Below are positions 28,851 through 39,985 of a stretch of DNA of 64,000 nt, in pieces (the first letter of the stretch is position 1; the number at the start of each line of letters is the position of its first letter). The DNA is from an uncultured Pseudobdellovibrionaceae bacterium. GTDB taxonomy: Bacteria > Bdellovibrionota > Bdellovibrionia > Bdellovibrionales > UBA1609. The stretch is taken from NCBI GenBank assembly GCA_963803705.1, contig CAWDNU010000004.1, positions 288,001 through 352,000 on the forward strand, in the 5' to 3' direction. Made by a program: the position numbers and the translations under genes. The notes beneath the pieces were generated by a model. The model ran no database searches. It was not told the DNA's origin and saw nothing but the letters and a program-made list of their open reading frames with translations.

Positions 28851-29873
28851 CTACTGAAAGTCACTTGAATTTAAGTGTGAAAGACCAAGTTCAGTAATCT
28901 CACGCCCCCTTGGCGTCTTTCTGATCAATCCTTCCTTTAATAAGAACGGTTCATAGACGTCTTCAAGAGTGTCTTTTTCCTCACTAAGTGCTGCGGACAT
29001 GGAATCAATTCCTGCTGGTCCACCACCAAACTTTGTCTTAAGAACCCACAGGTAAGCTCGGTCCATCCGTTCTAACCCCATCTCGTCCACCTCTAGATGC
29101 TTCAAAGCGAAATCTGCAAGCTTTTTATCAACAACCTTCTGGCCTTTTACTTCTGCGTAGTCTCTGATTCTTCTTAAAAAACGATTGGCCACTCGTGGTG
29201 TACCTCGACTGCGCTTGGCGACTTCCATCCTGCTTTCTGCATCAAGTTCAATATCTAAGAGTCCAGTTGATCTTTCGATAATGCGAACTAGGGCTTCAGG
29301 CGTGTAAAACTGCAAACGCTCTTGGATTCCGAAGCGGTCACGAAAAGGAGCTTTAAGCAGACCAGATCTTGTAGTAGCTCCAATTAGCGTAAATGGAGAA
29401 ATTTGAAACCTCATAGACTGAGCCCCTAAACCTTCGCCGGTTATAAGATCAATAAAAAAATCTTCCATCGCAGAGTACAAATACTCTTCAATATCGCTAT
29501 GAAGTCTGTGTATTTCGTCGATAAAAAGAACTGAATTTGGTTCAAGGCTAGTGAGTAAGGCGGCAACGTCGCCTTTTCTACTGATTGCAGGCGCAGAGGT
29601 AGCTTTGAAAGGCACTTCCATTTCGTTAGCTAATATTTGTGCCAAAGTAGTCTTGCCTAGCCCAGGTGGTCCACTCAGAAGGACGTGATCCAAGCTAGAT
29701 TCCCGGCTACGAGCAGCTTGAACAGAAATTTTTAATTTTTCTAAAGTAGCCTCTTGTCCTGGAAAATCGTCAAATCTTTTAGGCCTTAAAGCGCGGTCTG
29801 CATTTTGGTCTTTAACTTCATCAAAATTACCGTCAGTCCATGTTTCTATTTTTGGGTCCATTTTAAATTCCAA
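28851..29873 (-). CDS. ruvB: Holliday junction helicase RuvB
   Basis: LRP, GPPGLGKTT, DEIHRL, SRGTPRVANR, EDVYEPFL. Confidence 0.97.
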   Translation of the reverse strand: MEFKMDPKIETWTDGNFDEVKDQNADRALRPKRFDDFPGQEATLEKLKISVQAARSRESSLDHVLLSGPPGLGKTTLAQILANEMEVPFKATSAPAISRKGDVAALLTSLEPNSVLFIDEIHRLHSDIEEYLYSAMEDFFIDLITGEGLGAQSMRFQISPFTLIGATTRSGLLKAPFRDRFGIQERLQFYTPEALVRIIERSTGLLDIELDAESRMEVAKRSRGTPRVANRFLRRIRDYAEVKGQKVVDKKLADFALKHLEVDEMGLERMDRAYLWVLKTKFGGGPAGIDSMSAALSEEKDTLEDVYEPFLLKEGLIRKTPRGREITELGLSHLNSSDFQ

Positions 29874-29941
29874 TTTTATTTGAGTCTTAGCTCACAGATT
29901 AATATTTTAAGCTCATTTAGTATTAAAGTTATGATTGGAAC

Positions 29942-30523
29942 TTAAATTTGGCTTAACAAATTTAAGCTTTTTTTAAAGTTAAGTTCGAAGCTATCAGCAG
30001 CGTTGATTTCAAGCATTATACTCTGCACGTCTGCCAAGGGAAAACCTAGATTGATAAGTGAGGCTTTTAACTTTTTTATCTCTGGCAGCAAAATATCTTC
30101 GTTGAAAGCCGCCACCTTTTTTTCACTCCAATCAATCTCACCCAATTTCAATAAAATCTGCTCGGCGGTCTTTTTGCCTATTTTGGGTAACTTGCTCAGT
30201 GACTTCAAATCTTTTTCTAAAACCATCTGTTGAAATTGTTGCGCTGTTGCGGCGGATAAAATCCCCAAAGCCACTTTTGGTCCTACGCCATTTACTTTTA
30301 ACAAAGACTGAAAAAGAGTATCTTGATTTTTGGACTCAAAACCAAAAAGCGTGATCTGATCTTCGCGAACGTGGGTGTAAACCCTAAGTCTTAAGCTTTG
30401 GCCCATCTGTGTTGTGGCCAGTACACCGACTGGAACAAGAACCTGGTAACCCACTCCTTGCACATCCAAATGGACCACCCCATCTTCTTTATCAAAAACT
30501 TTTCCCTGCAGCATTGAAATCAT
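29942..30523 (-). CDS. ruvA: Holliday junction DNA-binding protein RuvA
   Basis: GVGY, HVRED..LFGF, GVGPKVA, IGKKTA. Confidence 0.96.
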   Translation of the reverse strand: MISMLQGKVFDKEDGVVHLDVQGVGYQVLVPVGVLATTQMGQSLRLRVYTHVREDQITLFGFESKNQDTLFQSLLKVNGVGPKVALGILSAATAQQFQQMVLEKDLKSLSKLPKIGKKTAEQILLKLGEIDWSEKKVAAFNEDILLPEIKKLKASLINLGFPLADVQSIMLEINAADSFELNFKKSLNLLSQI

Positions 30524-31053
30524 AATTTATATCCCACGGTGCTAATCTTAGTCTGGTTAAGAATTTTTATTTCAGTAGAATAGACCCTTGCATGTAAATA
30601 AGCCAAACCCAGAGCATCTGCAGCATCAAATTGTAAATCTTGTCTCAAGCTTAGTAGATTTTTGACAGCTTGCGCTACAATGGGTTTAGCCGCGTGGCCT
30701 GACCCGGTGATAGCTTTTTTCATCTTTGTAGGTGCATATTCAAAAATTTTTACATTTTGCAAAGCCAAACACGAAATTGCAACCCCTCTTGCTAAGCCCA
30801 GTCGAAAAACACTTTGAGGGTTTTTACCCAAAAAAATTTTTTCTACAGATGCCATCTGTGGCTTGTATTCCTGCAATATTTGATCGATTTCTGACCTTAA
30901 AAAAGCGAGTCTCTGATTAGGGCCCAATTTCGAATTTGAAAGTACGCCATGGTCAACATAGCTAACCCTATTCCCCGTCACTTCCAAGACACCGTACCCT
31001 AAGTTCATGGAGCCAGGATCAATACCTAAAATGCGAACTACAGATGACGACAT
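30520..31053 (-). CDS. ruvC: Holliday junction resolvase RuvC
   Basis: ILGIDPG, ARGV, KKAITGSGHA.K, DAADAL. Confidence 0.96.
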   Translation of the reverse strand: MSSSVVRILGIDPGSMNLGYGVLEVTGNRVSYVDHGVLSNSKLGPNQRLAFLRSEIDQILQEYKPQMASVEKIFLGKNPQSVFRLGLARGVAISCLALQNVKIFEYAPTKMKKAITGSGHAAKPIVAQAVKNLLSLRQDLQFDAADALGLAYLHARVYSTEIKILNQTKISTVGYKL

Positions 31054-31198
31054 CTTTAAATTTTAAACCTGTAAACGCCTTATGTACAAACTAAAAGCTA
31101 TTGAAAATTAAAATTAGATTTAGTAATAATTTTGGCAGAAAATTGATCGTTGCTCTTACTGTTTTCAAATGCCAGTATAGAAATGGAGACAGGAATAT

Positions 31199-31996
31199 AT
31201 GGAAGTTATGCAAGAGCCCTCGGATACATCTAAAAAGATTCTGAATACGATAGATAAATATCAAGCTGTTTACCGTAACGATCCGGAATCAAAAATTTTT
31301 GCGCCTCTTGCTGAAGCCCACCGTAAAGCCGGAAACCTAGAGCATGCCTTCGAAATTGCGAAAAAAGGAACCGAAGATCATCCAGAATTTGCTAGTGGCT
31401 TAGTCACTTTTTCTAGAATTTTGATTGATATGAACGAAAGAGATAAAGCAATCGTACATTTAAAGATGGCGACAGAAATGTCACCTGATAATTTTTTAGC
31501 TCATAAACTTCTTGGGGAAACTTATATAAATTTAAAGCTGCCAGTTAAGGCTTTGCAGGTTTTTAAAATGGCTCTTTATTTAGATCCTATGGATGAGTTT
31601 GCAAAAAAAATGGTCAAAAAATTAGAAAGTTTGAGCGCGTCCGAATTTGAAGACGAGTCATTATTTAATCTGTCTGAGCCAAGCCTGAATCCTTCTAATT
31701 TTAAAAAACCTTCACAGTATTCTCCTTTGAAAACTTCTAGTCACGAACTAGATCGTTACATTTCTTTGGTTGACGCTTACATTTCTAGAAATGATTATTT
31801 GAAAGCCTCGAACACAGTTATAGAGGCTCTTGACAAGTTTGATAAAAACCCAGAACTTCAACGGCGAAAGATTTTCTTATCGCAAAGATTTGAGGACTCT
31901 AGTCAAAAGTTAAGTGAAATTGATACAGATGCCAATCGGCATTTAGAAATATTAAATCTGTTATTAACGCGGGTGGAAAATCGCAGACTTTACTAA
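31199..31996 (+). CDS. tetratricopeptide repeat protein
   Basis: DPESKIFAPLAEAHRKAG, SPDNFLAHKLLG, TPR-like helices. Confidence 0.8.
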   Translation: MEVMQEPSDTSKKILNTIDKYQAVYRNDPESKIFAPLAEAHRKAGNLEHAFEIAKKGTEDHPEFASGLVTFSRILIDMNERDKAIVHLKMATEMSPDNFLAHKLLGETYINLKLPVKALQVFKMALYLDPMDEFAKKMVKKLESLSASEFEDESLFNLSEPSLNPSNFKKPSQYSPLKTSSHELDRYISLVDAYISRNDYLKASNTVIEALDKFDKNPELQRRKIFLSQRFEDSSQKLSEIDTDANRHLEILNLLLTRVENRRLY

Positions 31997-32025
31997 GCTC
32001 GTTTTACTTAAAAAAATAGGATATC

Positions 32026-32589
32026 ATGTACTCGACGTCGGACTTTAAAAAAAACTTAAAAATTTTATTAGATGGTGATCCATACGCTGTTGTTGATTTC
32101 CAACACGTTAAACCTGGTAAGGGCAATCAGTTCACCCGAACTAAGTTAAAGAACATTCTTACCGGTAGCAATTTAGAACGCACTTTTAAGTCTGGTGAAA
32201 AATTTGGTGTTCCAGACTTAGAATTTCGTGATGTTACTTACCTTTACGAAGATTCAAGTTTCAACTTTATGGACCAAAATAATTTCGAGCAATTTCAACT
32301 GAGCTCTGACGTGTTGGGAAATGCAAGGCTGTTTTTAAAAGAAAGCCTTGATGTTAGTATGATACTGTTTAACGGAAGAGCTATTTCTATAGACCTTCCC
32401 AATCATGTTATCTTAAAAATAGCTCAAACAGACCCTGGACTAAAGGGCAATACGGTATCTAACACTACTAAACCTGCAACATTAGAATCTGGGGCTGTAG
32501 TTCAAGTCCCCTTACACATCAATCAGGGTGATCTTGTTAAAGTTGAAACGGCTTCTGGATCTTATGTCGAAAGAGTTTCAAAAGAGTAG
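32026..32589 (+). CDS. efp: elongation factor P
   Basis: HVKPGKG, PGLKGNT, KPATLESGA.VQVP. Confidence 0.97.
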   Translation: MYSTSDFKKNLKILLDGDPYAVVDFQHVKPGKGNQFTRTKLKNILTGSNLERTFKSGEKFGVPDLEFRDVTYLYEDSSFNFMDQNNFEQFQLSSDVLGNARLFLKESLDVSMILFNGRAISIDLPNHVILKIAQTDPGLKGNTVSNTTKPATLESGAVVQVPLHINQGDLVKVETASGSYVERVSKE

Positions 32590-32654
32590 ATATTCACTTT
32601 TACAAAAAACCAGGACTTTAGTTTAATTGGATCCTGTAACAGCCTAAAAACACA

Positions 32655-32681
32655 CAAGAATTTTAAAAAAAGCACCGATAA
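32655..32681 (+). promoter_or_regulatory. sigma28-like promoter
   Basis: CAAG-N15-ACCGATAA, 6 nt before ATG 32688. Confidence 0.55.
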
Positions 32682-32687
32682 GAAAGT

Positions 32688-33719
32688 ATGGTCTCGTTCT
32701 TAAATGCAGTTAAAAAGTCAAAGGCAGATGAAGAAGTAATAGCTCTTCTTATGAATGAATATTTGTCTGATGAAAATTGGATTGAATTGACCTCAAGAAA
32801 AGACATTCAGAAAATTTCGACATTTTTATGTCAGATTAATCATATGGTGGCACTTAAGACGCTTATCTTAACCTGTTTCAAACGAGTAGATAAAATGCCA
32901 GGGGATGCATTGTTTTATTTTATAAGCAAAAATACTGAATTAAATATTTCTGAAAGTATTTTTGCAAAATTAGATCAAGAGTATTCTTTTTTTAAAACTT
33001 ATCTTTGTCCATTTGCTTTAAAAAAAGATTTCTACTTGGAGCAATTTGAAAAACAACACAGCATTTACTTGAAAAGATACAACAGAACAAAAGAGGATTT
33101 GGTGGACAAGCTTCAATTTGCTAGAACTCAAAGATTAGAGGCCGAGGTCAAAAAGACGTTGGAAAAGCTAATTGAAGCGTTTCCAGAAGATCCTAGTTTC
33201 GTGAAAGAAAAAGGCTTATACTTTGAAAAAGAGGCTGCAAGAATAATTGATAAAAATACAAAATTCTATGCTGACCATAAAAAGAGCAGCCACAGCCTGC
33301 CCAATTACACCCCTCTTTTTAACGCAAATGAAGTCTATGAGGTTATTAAAGGTGATTTCGAGGGTCAGAATTTAGTTTATCTTTTAGAGATTTTTTTACT
33401 AGCAGGTGAAGACGAGACCGCTTTAAAAATTATAAATAAAAACAAATCGTTAAAAATAGATTTTTTTTGGAACTTTATTGATCTTTTGATTGTTAAAAAA
33501 AGGTACTTAGAAGCACTTGCGGAAATTAAAGAGATGAAAGACATTAAGACAACCGATGATCAATTCAATTACTACTATTTTACGGCAATATGCTTATGGA
33601 ATCTAAACGACAAACAAACTGCTCTCGATACCATGAAATCAATCGCTAAAATTAAACCCCAGTTCAAACAAACACAGATTTACTTAAATCTCTGGCAATA
33701 TAGCAATGAAGTGGCTTAA
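32688..33719 (+). CDS. hypothetical protein with C-terminal TPR-like helices
   Basis: 343-aa ORF overlapping the tamB start; Y..A.CLW..N.K..A TPR-like pattern. Confidence 0.65.
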   Translation: MVSFLNAVKKSKADEEVIALLMNEYLSDENWIELTSRKDIQKISTFLCQINHMVALKTLILTCFKRVDKMPGDALFYFISKNTELNISESIFAKLDQEYSFFKTYLCPFALKKDFYLEQFEKQHSIYLKRYNRTKEDLVDKLQFARTQRLEAEVKKTLEKLIEAFPEDPSFVKEKGLYFEKEAARIIDKNTKFYADHKKSSHSLPNYTPLFNANEVYEVIKGDFEGQNLVYLLEIFLLAGEDETALKIINKNKSLKIDFFWNFIDLLIVKKRYLEALAEIKEMKDIKTTDDQFNYYYFTAICLWNLNDKQTALDTMKSIAKIKPQFKQTQIYLNLWQYSNEVA

Positions 33720-36700
33720 TTTTCGAAATGTTTTTTTACTTGCACTGCTGCTAACTCTAGGCTTAGTGCTCACGCTGCTTAAGCCATTTGCTGAAACTGA
33801 AATAAAAAAAATGATCGCCAGCAAGGTTGTTACGATCCAAGCCATTCGCGACTTCGAACTGAAAGACTTAAAAGTTGGTTTGCTTCCGCCGAGCGTTGAA
33901 TTTAAAAGTGTAAGTTTTCTTTTGACAGACCAGCCAGAACTCAAAAGAATAAAGGTTCAGCGACTAAAAATCTATCCTGAGATAATCAGGCTTCTAAGTT
34001 TCGAATTTAAACTAAAAAATATTTATGCTAAGGGTCTAAATCTAGAGTTTGAAAATGCGACAAAAAAACCAGAGCCTCTGCAGATTAAATTTAACTATTC
34101 GACACTAACTTCACTGCCAGTAAAGAGCGTTTACATTGAAGACTCTAAGGTCAAATATAACTCTGATTACTTAGATATCGGATACTTCAGTTTTAAAAGG
34201 AAATGGAATCGATTCGAGGTTCATTCAGATTTAAACACAGTAAGATTTTTTGACAGCACGCCTGATATAAAAGTTAATAGACTATCCTTGGTCATACAAA
34301 AAGACAAAACGAAGCTTCAACAACTTAGTATGTTGTCTAAGGATTCAAATTTGCAGTTAGGCTTTGAAATCAATAAGCCTTTCAACGAAAAACTGCTTAA
34401 ACTAAATTTTGTGGAGTCAACTGATATCAGAATGACTTCAAGGTTAAATTTAGAAAACTTTAAATTTTTAATTGAGAAACATCTGGACAAGAAAGTGAAA
34501 AAACTTTCTGGTCAGGCACAGATATTAGTCTACAAATCAGCGAGAAACAAAAAAAAGGAACTTGAGTTTACTGTTGAGGCTGAAAACTTAAATTATGATA
34601 ACTTTTTTGTGAAAAATTTATCTACAAACGGTATTGCAGATATCAATAGAATTAAGGTAAATGCGATCAAAATCAAAAATGACGATTTGGTATTAAAAAG
34701 TAAAAAATTAATTTTAAAAAAAAATGGCGGTTCCTACTCTTTGAGTTTTAATGGAGATGTAGAGTCATTCGAAGTTGGTGGTTTTCTAAGTAATAATGTA
34801 GGCACAGGAACGGTTCCAGTAAATTTGCCGAGCAAATTTACTTACCGGTGTTTTGGCTTGGTACACCCTAGTTTAGGCTTAAAGTGTGATGTGAGTGGAA
34901 GCCTAGGTAAGCTTCATATTTGGGGGGACTCTAAACGAAAGAAACAAACAACAATCTTAAAGCTTAGCCCAAGTAAGGTTGAAGGCCAGGCTTACCTTGA
35001 AAATGAAAAAATGTCTTTTAATTCTTTTCATGAATTTGAAAGCTCGCAGGTCGCATTTGAAGGGGAAGTAGATTATGTAAAAGGCTTTAATGTCGAATAT
35101 GTATCTGATTTTTTTAATTTTTCTGACGTAGAATCTTTAGCTAACATACCTGTAAAAGGCTTTGGCAATGTGAAAGGAACAACTTCTGGTTCATTAATGG
35201 GTGGCGTAATAGACCTTAAAGCAGATATGTCCAATTTTTCATTTTTTAAATATAACTTTGGACAAGTAGTCGGTGACTTCAGATATGAAAAACAGAACTT
35301 ACTTTTTCAAAATCTAAGATCAGCGATTGGCGAATCGTTAATTAAGGCAGATATTAGTTTTGATCTAAAAAATAACTTTATCAAAACTGTAGCCAATTCA
35401 AAACAAATTACAATCAAAGATCTTTTATTTGCTGTTAAAGACATCGCGGTTCCTCCGGTTTATTTATCTGGAGACGGTAAACTTGACATAGTGGCTGAAG
35501 GACCTTTGGATTTAGGTCAGATGACTTATGATATCGCCGGTGAATTTAATGAAGGCTTGATATACAAAGACAGATACAGAGATTTAAAAATAAGTGTAAA
35601 AGCTGTCAGAGGCCAGGTTACTACAGAAAATTCATTAACTTATTTAGGTGATAAAATAAATATTCAAGGATCAGCAGACCCAAATGGAATTGTTGATATT
35701 ATTGCGATGGGTGATAGCTTAAATTTGTCTCGAATAAAAGCTGTCAAAGACTTAGGTGTCCAGGTTTCTGGCTTAGCACAGGTTCAAGTTCACCTGACAG
35801 ACTTTATACTGCTTCCCGTAGTTAAGGGACAGTTTAAATCCGCAAATATCAATGAAGAGTATAACCAACTTGGATCTTCTAGTTTTGATTTTGTGATTCA
35901 CAAAAATTATTCTGAAATTTACGGAAATGCATTCGATTCGGTAAGTGGAAGTGCTTTTATACCACATAATTCAGATGGAAAGTTTATGATGAACATGGAG
36001 CTAACTAAGCTCGATCCTTTCAAATTTATGAGCCTTTTTGATTCTAAGATTTCTAAGGTTGGCTCTAACACTGAGCTTAGCGGACGTATAGACGTTCAAG
36101 CCCCGACATTAAAATTAAAAAATATTAATGGCGAACTGCTTTTGACTCAGGTTTATTTTAAAGCGGAACGAAACACCCTAAATTTGAAAGATTCGGCAAC
36201 GGTTAAAATTGTAAATGGATCACCAGAAGGAGAAATTGAATTTTTAGACCATCAAGACAACGCCTTGAAGCTTCTATTAACCAAAAACGATAATCACCTT
36301 AAAGGCTCAATTGGACTAGGGTTTTTAAGAACTCTTTTGCCTAATATCGACGAAATTCAGGGCGAATTAGAGCTTGATTCGAAGTTTGTATTGCTGCCTA
36401 AGTTCGGTTTTGTTGAAGGTAAAGGGAAAATAAAAGATTTGAGTTTACGAATAGAAAATTTAATTCACAGCTTTAAGGATATTTTCGTAGATTTGAATTT
36501 TGCAGGTGAAAATATTTATCTTTCATCAATCAACGGATTGTTTGCAAATGGTCAAATTCAGGGTGAAGGTAAGGTTTTTTTTGAAGATGGTATTGGCGTT
36601 GATATTTCAGGAAAAGTTGATCGCGTGAATCTAAATATTCCACAAGACTTTAGATCAGTGGTTTCTGGTGACTACTACATTAGAGGAGTTGGCTTTCCTT

Positions 36701-37632
36701 ACGTTTTTGGTGGAGACTTTAAAGTTTTAAAAGGTAATTTTGAAATGGAGTTTGAAAGTGGAAACTCCGAACAATATGTTGTAATTCCAAGTAAACTATT
36801 ACCTAAATCAAGGGCTGTAGTAAGTGCATTGAATTTGGACATTAACGTAAAAAGTGCGAGACCAATTACAGTCGATAACTCTTATATAGATGGTGATGCT
36901 ACCGCTGACTTAAGAATTAAAGGTTCTCCCTCTCAACCAATTTTAAGAGGACAGGTGCGACTACTAAGTGATTCTAAGATTATTTTTCAGAGCAACAAGT
37001 TTAATGTTAATTCAGGTCTTGTTGTTTTTAATTCCGTCAGTCCTGAACGGGGCACTTTGAATATAGACGCAAGTGCCAGAATTAAAGATTTTGTCGACAT
37101 ACTTGAACGGGAGTACGATATTAGAATGTTGATTCAAGGCACTGGATCTAACCCGCAAATAAGCTTTTCAAGCCAACCGGACCTAACAGAGCCCCAAATC
37201 TTATCGTTCCTGGCATTTGGTATGCTTGAAAATAATTCGTTAAATCAAGAGATCAGCTTAGGAGATCAGCAAGCTCAGACAGGATACCAGCTTGGCGGTA
37301 TATTTTTGAAAAATAAGTTTGCTAAAGACATACAAGATAGATTGGGGTTACAATTTAACTTTACATCATCTTACGAAAATCAAGATGTAAGCCCAAAGAT
37401 AGTGGTTGAAAAGAAGTTCAATGCTAAATTTTCACTTTCAGGAAGTAGAACGCTCGGCGCATTTCAAAAAAATACTTTGCGTGGAGAGTATAAAATTAAC
37501 AGAAAATTGTCTATAATAGGTTTGTATGAAAATTTGGATCTCGATAATCAAGCAACTCTTAACCGTGCCCGTCTCATTGATGGTAACAACGTTTTGGGTA
37601 TGGATTTGCAGTACAATGTTGAGTTCCAATAG
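33706..37632 (+). CDS. tamB: translocation and assembly module TamB (AsmA-like)
   Basis: N-terminal TM anchor, 1308 aa beta-rich, C-terminal ADLRIKGS...P...G, F.S.P.L.E..ILS.L; followed by an Omp85 gene. Confidence 0.85.
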   Translation: MKWLNFRNVFLLALLLTLGLVLTLLKPFAETEIKKMIASKVVTIQAIRDFELKDLKVGLLPPSVEFKSVSFLLTDQPELKRIKVQRLKIYPEIIRLLSFEFKLKNIYAKGLNLEFENATKKPEPLQIKFNYSTLTSLPVKSVYIEDSKVKYNSDYLDIGYFSFKRKWNRFEVHSDLNTVRFFDSTPDIKVNRLSLVIQKDKTKLQQLSMLSKDSNLQLGFEINKPFNEKLLKLNFVESTDIRMTSRLNLENFKFLIEKHLDKKVKKLSGQAQILVYKSARNKKKELEFTVEAENLNYDNFFVKNLSTNGIADINRIKVNAIKIKNDDLVLKSKKLILKKNGGSYSLSFNGDVESFEVGGFLSNNVGTGTVPVNLPSKFTYRCFGLVHPSLGLKCDVSGSLGKLHIWGDSKRKKQTTILKLSPSKVEGQAYLENEKMSFNSFHEFESSQVAFEGEVDYVKGFNVEYVSDFFNFSDVESLANIPVKGFGNVKGTTSGSLMGGVIDLKADMSNFSFFKYNFGQVVGDFRYEKQNLLFQNLRSAIGESLIKADISFDLKNNFIKTVANSKQITIKDLLFAVKDIAVPPVYLSGDGKLDIVAEGPLDLGQMTYDIAGEFNEGLIYKDRYRDLKISVKAVRGQVTTENSLTYLGDKINIQGSADPNGIVDIIAMGDSLNLSRIKAVKDLGVQVSGLAQVQVHLTDFILLPVVKGQFKSANINEEYNQLGSSSFDFVIHKNYSEIYGNAFDSVSGSAFIPHNSDGKFMMNMELTKLDPFKFMSLFDSKISKVGSNTELSGRIDVQAPTLKLKNINGELLLTQVYFKAERNTLNLKDSATVKIVNGSPEGEIEFLDHQDNALKLLLTKNDNHLKGSIGLGFLRTLLPNIDEIQGELELDSKFVLLPKFGFVEGKGKIKDLSLRIENLIHSFKDIFVDLNFAGENIYLSSINGLFANGQIQGEGKVFFEDGIGVDISGKVDRVNLNIPQDFRSVVSGDYYIRGVGFPYVFGGDFKVLKGNFEMEFESGNSEQYVVIPSKLLPKSRAVVSALNLDINVKSARPITVDNSYIDGDATADLRIKGSPSQPILRGQVRLLSDSKIIFQSNKFNVNSGLVVFNSVSPERGTLNIDASARIKDFVDILEREYDIRMLIQGTGSNPQISFSSQPDLTEPQILSFLAFGMLENNSLNQEISLGDQQAQTGYQLGGIFLKNKFAKDIQDRLGLQFNFTSSYENQDVSPKIVVEKKFNAKFSLSGSRTLGAFQKNTLRGEYKINRKLSIIGLYENLDLDNQATLNRARLIDGNNVLGMDLQYNVEFQ

Positions 37633-39910
37633 CTGTGCTAAGTCTAAGGTGTCAGAAAAACCCTGGGCCGTTATTTCAAAATCTTCAGTTGTAACTAGAA
37701 AAGTAAAATCTATTTTAAAGCGTAATAAAAAGATCCAGATCTCAGAAATTGAACCTTTGCTGCAGAAAAAACTAAAGTCTGATCGTTATTTAACAGCAAA
37801 AATTAGTTTAAATTCGAAAGACAGAACTGTTCGTATTACTAGTGCTAGGAAGTACCTGATCTTATTTGAGGGAAATTCTTCACTTAGTAAACGATTTATA
37901 AAAAATGCTGTAGATTTAAATAATCTAACGAGCTCAGAAAAAACAATTAAGGACGATTTGGTTCTTAGAATTCGTCAAGCCTACACGAGAAGTGGTTTTA
38001 GCGATGTTAAAGTTAATGTAAACGAAGCTGACTTTAAAAAGAGCAATACGAAACGCTTGGTTTTTGTGATTGAGGAAGGCCCAGTTTACTCTTTTGATCG
38101 GATAACTATTGGAGGATCTTTTTCCAAAAATCCAAAATATTATTCTAAATTTTTAAAATCCAAAAGCTCTCAGCTTATAAAAAGTGGAAAATTTTCCAAA
38201 CCCGATATTGAAAATGGTCTTAATAATCTAATGACTCATTTAAAGAACCTGGGTTATTTAGAAGCATCGTACACGGGTTTAAGGATCGAACCAAAAAAAA
38301 ATTCTAGAAATAAAGTGCATATTTATTTTGATTTGTATGAGGGCCAACCGGTCCGTGTAAATAGCGTCAGATTTATTGGAAATAAGAGCATTGATAAAGA
38401 GTGGCTTCAAGTTCTTCTTGGGTTTGAAAGCTCTGATATTCTAAACTTTTACAAATTAGAAGAAGGAATCAAAAGGATATATGACTATTACTTATCCACG
38501 GGTTATCTAGAGATTGAAATAAATCCCGAACAAAACGACTTTGTAGACTTAAATTTAGAAAAACGAAGGGCAGACATTACAGTTGAGATCTTTGAAAGCG
38601 AAAAAGTGGTCGTTGGTGAGATAGAAGTCATAGGCCTTAAAAAGACTAAAAACTACGTTGTTAAAAATATTATAGGCTTTGAAATAGGCGATGTACTAAC
38701 TGTCGCAAAAATAAATTTATCTAAAAGCAGATTAAATCTAAGTGGACTTTTTAGCAAAGTGGATATCACTTATGATGAAGACTACAACGAGGCCCGAAAA
38801 GTTGTTATCGAGGTTGAAGAGAAAGCACCCGGAGTCTTTCAACTAGGCTTTGGAGCAAGATTTAACCAGAGGGCTTTATCCCTAAAAGGTTACACAGGAA
38901 TTTTATACCGAAATTTGGGCGGAACAGCACGGGCTATAAACACTAGACTCGAGTTACAGTCTAGAATTAATGAAAACGCTTATCCAGAACACAGGGCTTT
39001 TGTATCCTATTATGAACCCTACATCTTTAGCAAATTTATTAGAGGCCGTGTGACTGCGGATAGTTCTGAAAACATTTTTGAAATTACAAATGAGAGGGTT
39101 ACAATCTTTAGATCTTTGGGTGTAAATTTCGTGTTAGAAAATAATTTCAACCGCCATATAAGAGCCTCATGGACCGTGTTGGGAATTAATTTTACTAAAG
39201 AATTTGAGATTAATAACCTGAACCCTGAAATTCGTGAACAGATTGGTTTTTTCGGACCAAGTATACAGTTTGACTATCGTAACAATATACTTTTACCCAC
39301 TAAAGGTTATTTTGCCACGGCCCAAGCTGAATTCGCTTCACCCAATTTGGGGACCAGAGTCATCGCTGACAATAAAACAGACATTGTAAAGTACCTCAGG
39401 ACTGAAGGTTCTTACACGAAGTACACCACAGTTAACCCTAAGTTGGTTTTTGTTAACACTGTTCGTGGCGGCTGGTTAAGAAACCTAAGCGACAGCACAG
39501 CGAGTTTTCCTAAAAGTAGAGGTTTTTTCTTAGGGGGATCATCTACAATTCGCGGTTTTGATCCAAGTGATGGAGTAAATGAAAGAATTCCCTCAGACCA
39601 AGATCTTGGGGTAGACATTGGCGGGGGTGGCGTTCTAGAAGTTCCGGGCAATGCATATTATTATTTGATCAAAGCAGAAGCTAGGTTTCCTTTGTTTAGC
39701 GAATTTTGGGGGTCTTTGTTTTACGATGGCGGTTCAGTTCTGATTGATAAACTAGTTCAAAAAGATGCCTACAGGGATGCTGCTGGCTTCGGACTGAGGT
39801 GGAACACTCCCATCGGTGCCGTTTCAATAGACCTGGGATTCAAACTAGATCGTGACAAATCCAGGGGCGAAAGCCTGAATCGGGTCCATATAAATATCGG
39901 AACTTTTTAA
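37580..39910 (+). CDS. Omp85/BamA-TamA family outer-membrane protein
   Basis: Several POTRA repeats (Y...GY..., EG....), GG..TIRGF, GFGLRW.TPIG, C-terminal IGTF. Start uncertain (37526/37580). Confidence 0.9.
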   Translation: MVTTFWVWICSTMLSSNSCAKSKVSEKPWAVISKSSVVTRKVKSILKRNKKIQISEIEPLLQKKLKSDRYLTAKISLNSKDRTVRITSARKYLILFEGNSSLSKRFIKNAVDLNNLTSSEKTIKDDLVLRIRQAYTRSGFSDVKVNVNEADFKKSNTKRLVFVIEEGPVYSFDRITIGGSFSKNPKYYSKFLKSKSSQLIKSGKFSKPDIENGLNNLMTHLKNLGYLEASYTGLRIEPKKNSRNKVHIYFDLYEGQPVRVNSVRFIGNKSIDKEWLQVLLGFESSDILNFYKLEEGIKRIYDYYLSTGYLEIEINPEQNDFVDLNLEKRRADITVEIFESEKVVVGEIEVIGLKKTKNYVVKNIIGFEIGDVLTVAKINLSKSRLNLSGLFSKVDITYDEDYNEARKVVIEVEEKAPGVFQLGFGARFNQRALSLKGYTGILYRNLGGTARAINTRLELQSRINENAYPEHRAFVSYYEPYIFSKFIRGRVTADSSENIFEITNERVTIFRSLGVNFVLENNFNRHIRASWTVLGINFTKEFEINNLNPEIREQIGFFGPSIQFDYRNNILLPTKGYFATAQAEFASPNLGTRVIADNKTDIVKYLRTEGSYTKYTTVNPKLVFVNTVRGGWLRNLSDSTASFPKSRGFFLGGSSTIRGFDPSDGVNERIPSDQDLGVDIGGGGVLEVPGNAYYYLIKAEARFPLFSEFWGSLFYDGGSVLIDKLVQKDAYRDAAGFGLRWNTPIGAVSIDLGFKLDRDKSRGESLNRVHINIGTF

Positions 39911-39985
39911 TCCACGACATCTTTTCACTATGCAAGTCAGGCATATGATAGCACAAGTTATGTCCCTACAGATGAATGTTCAAAT

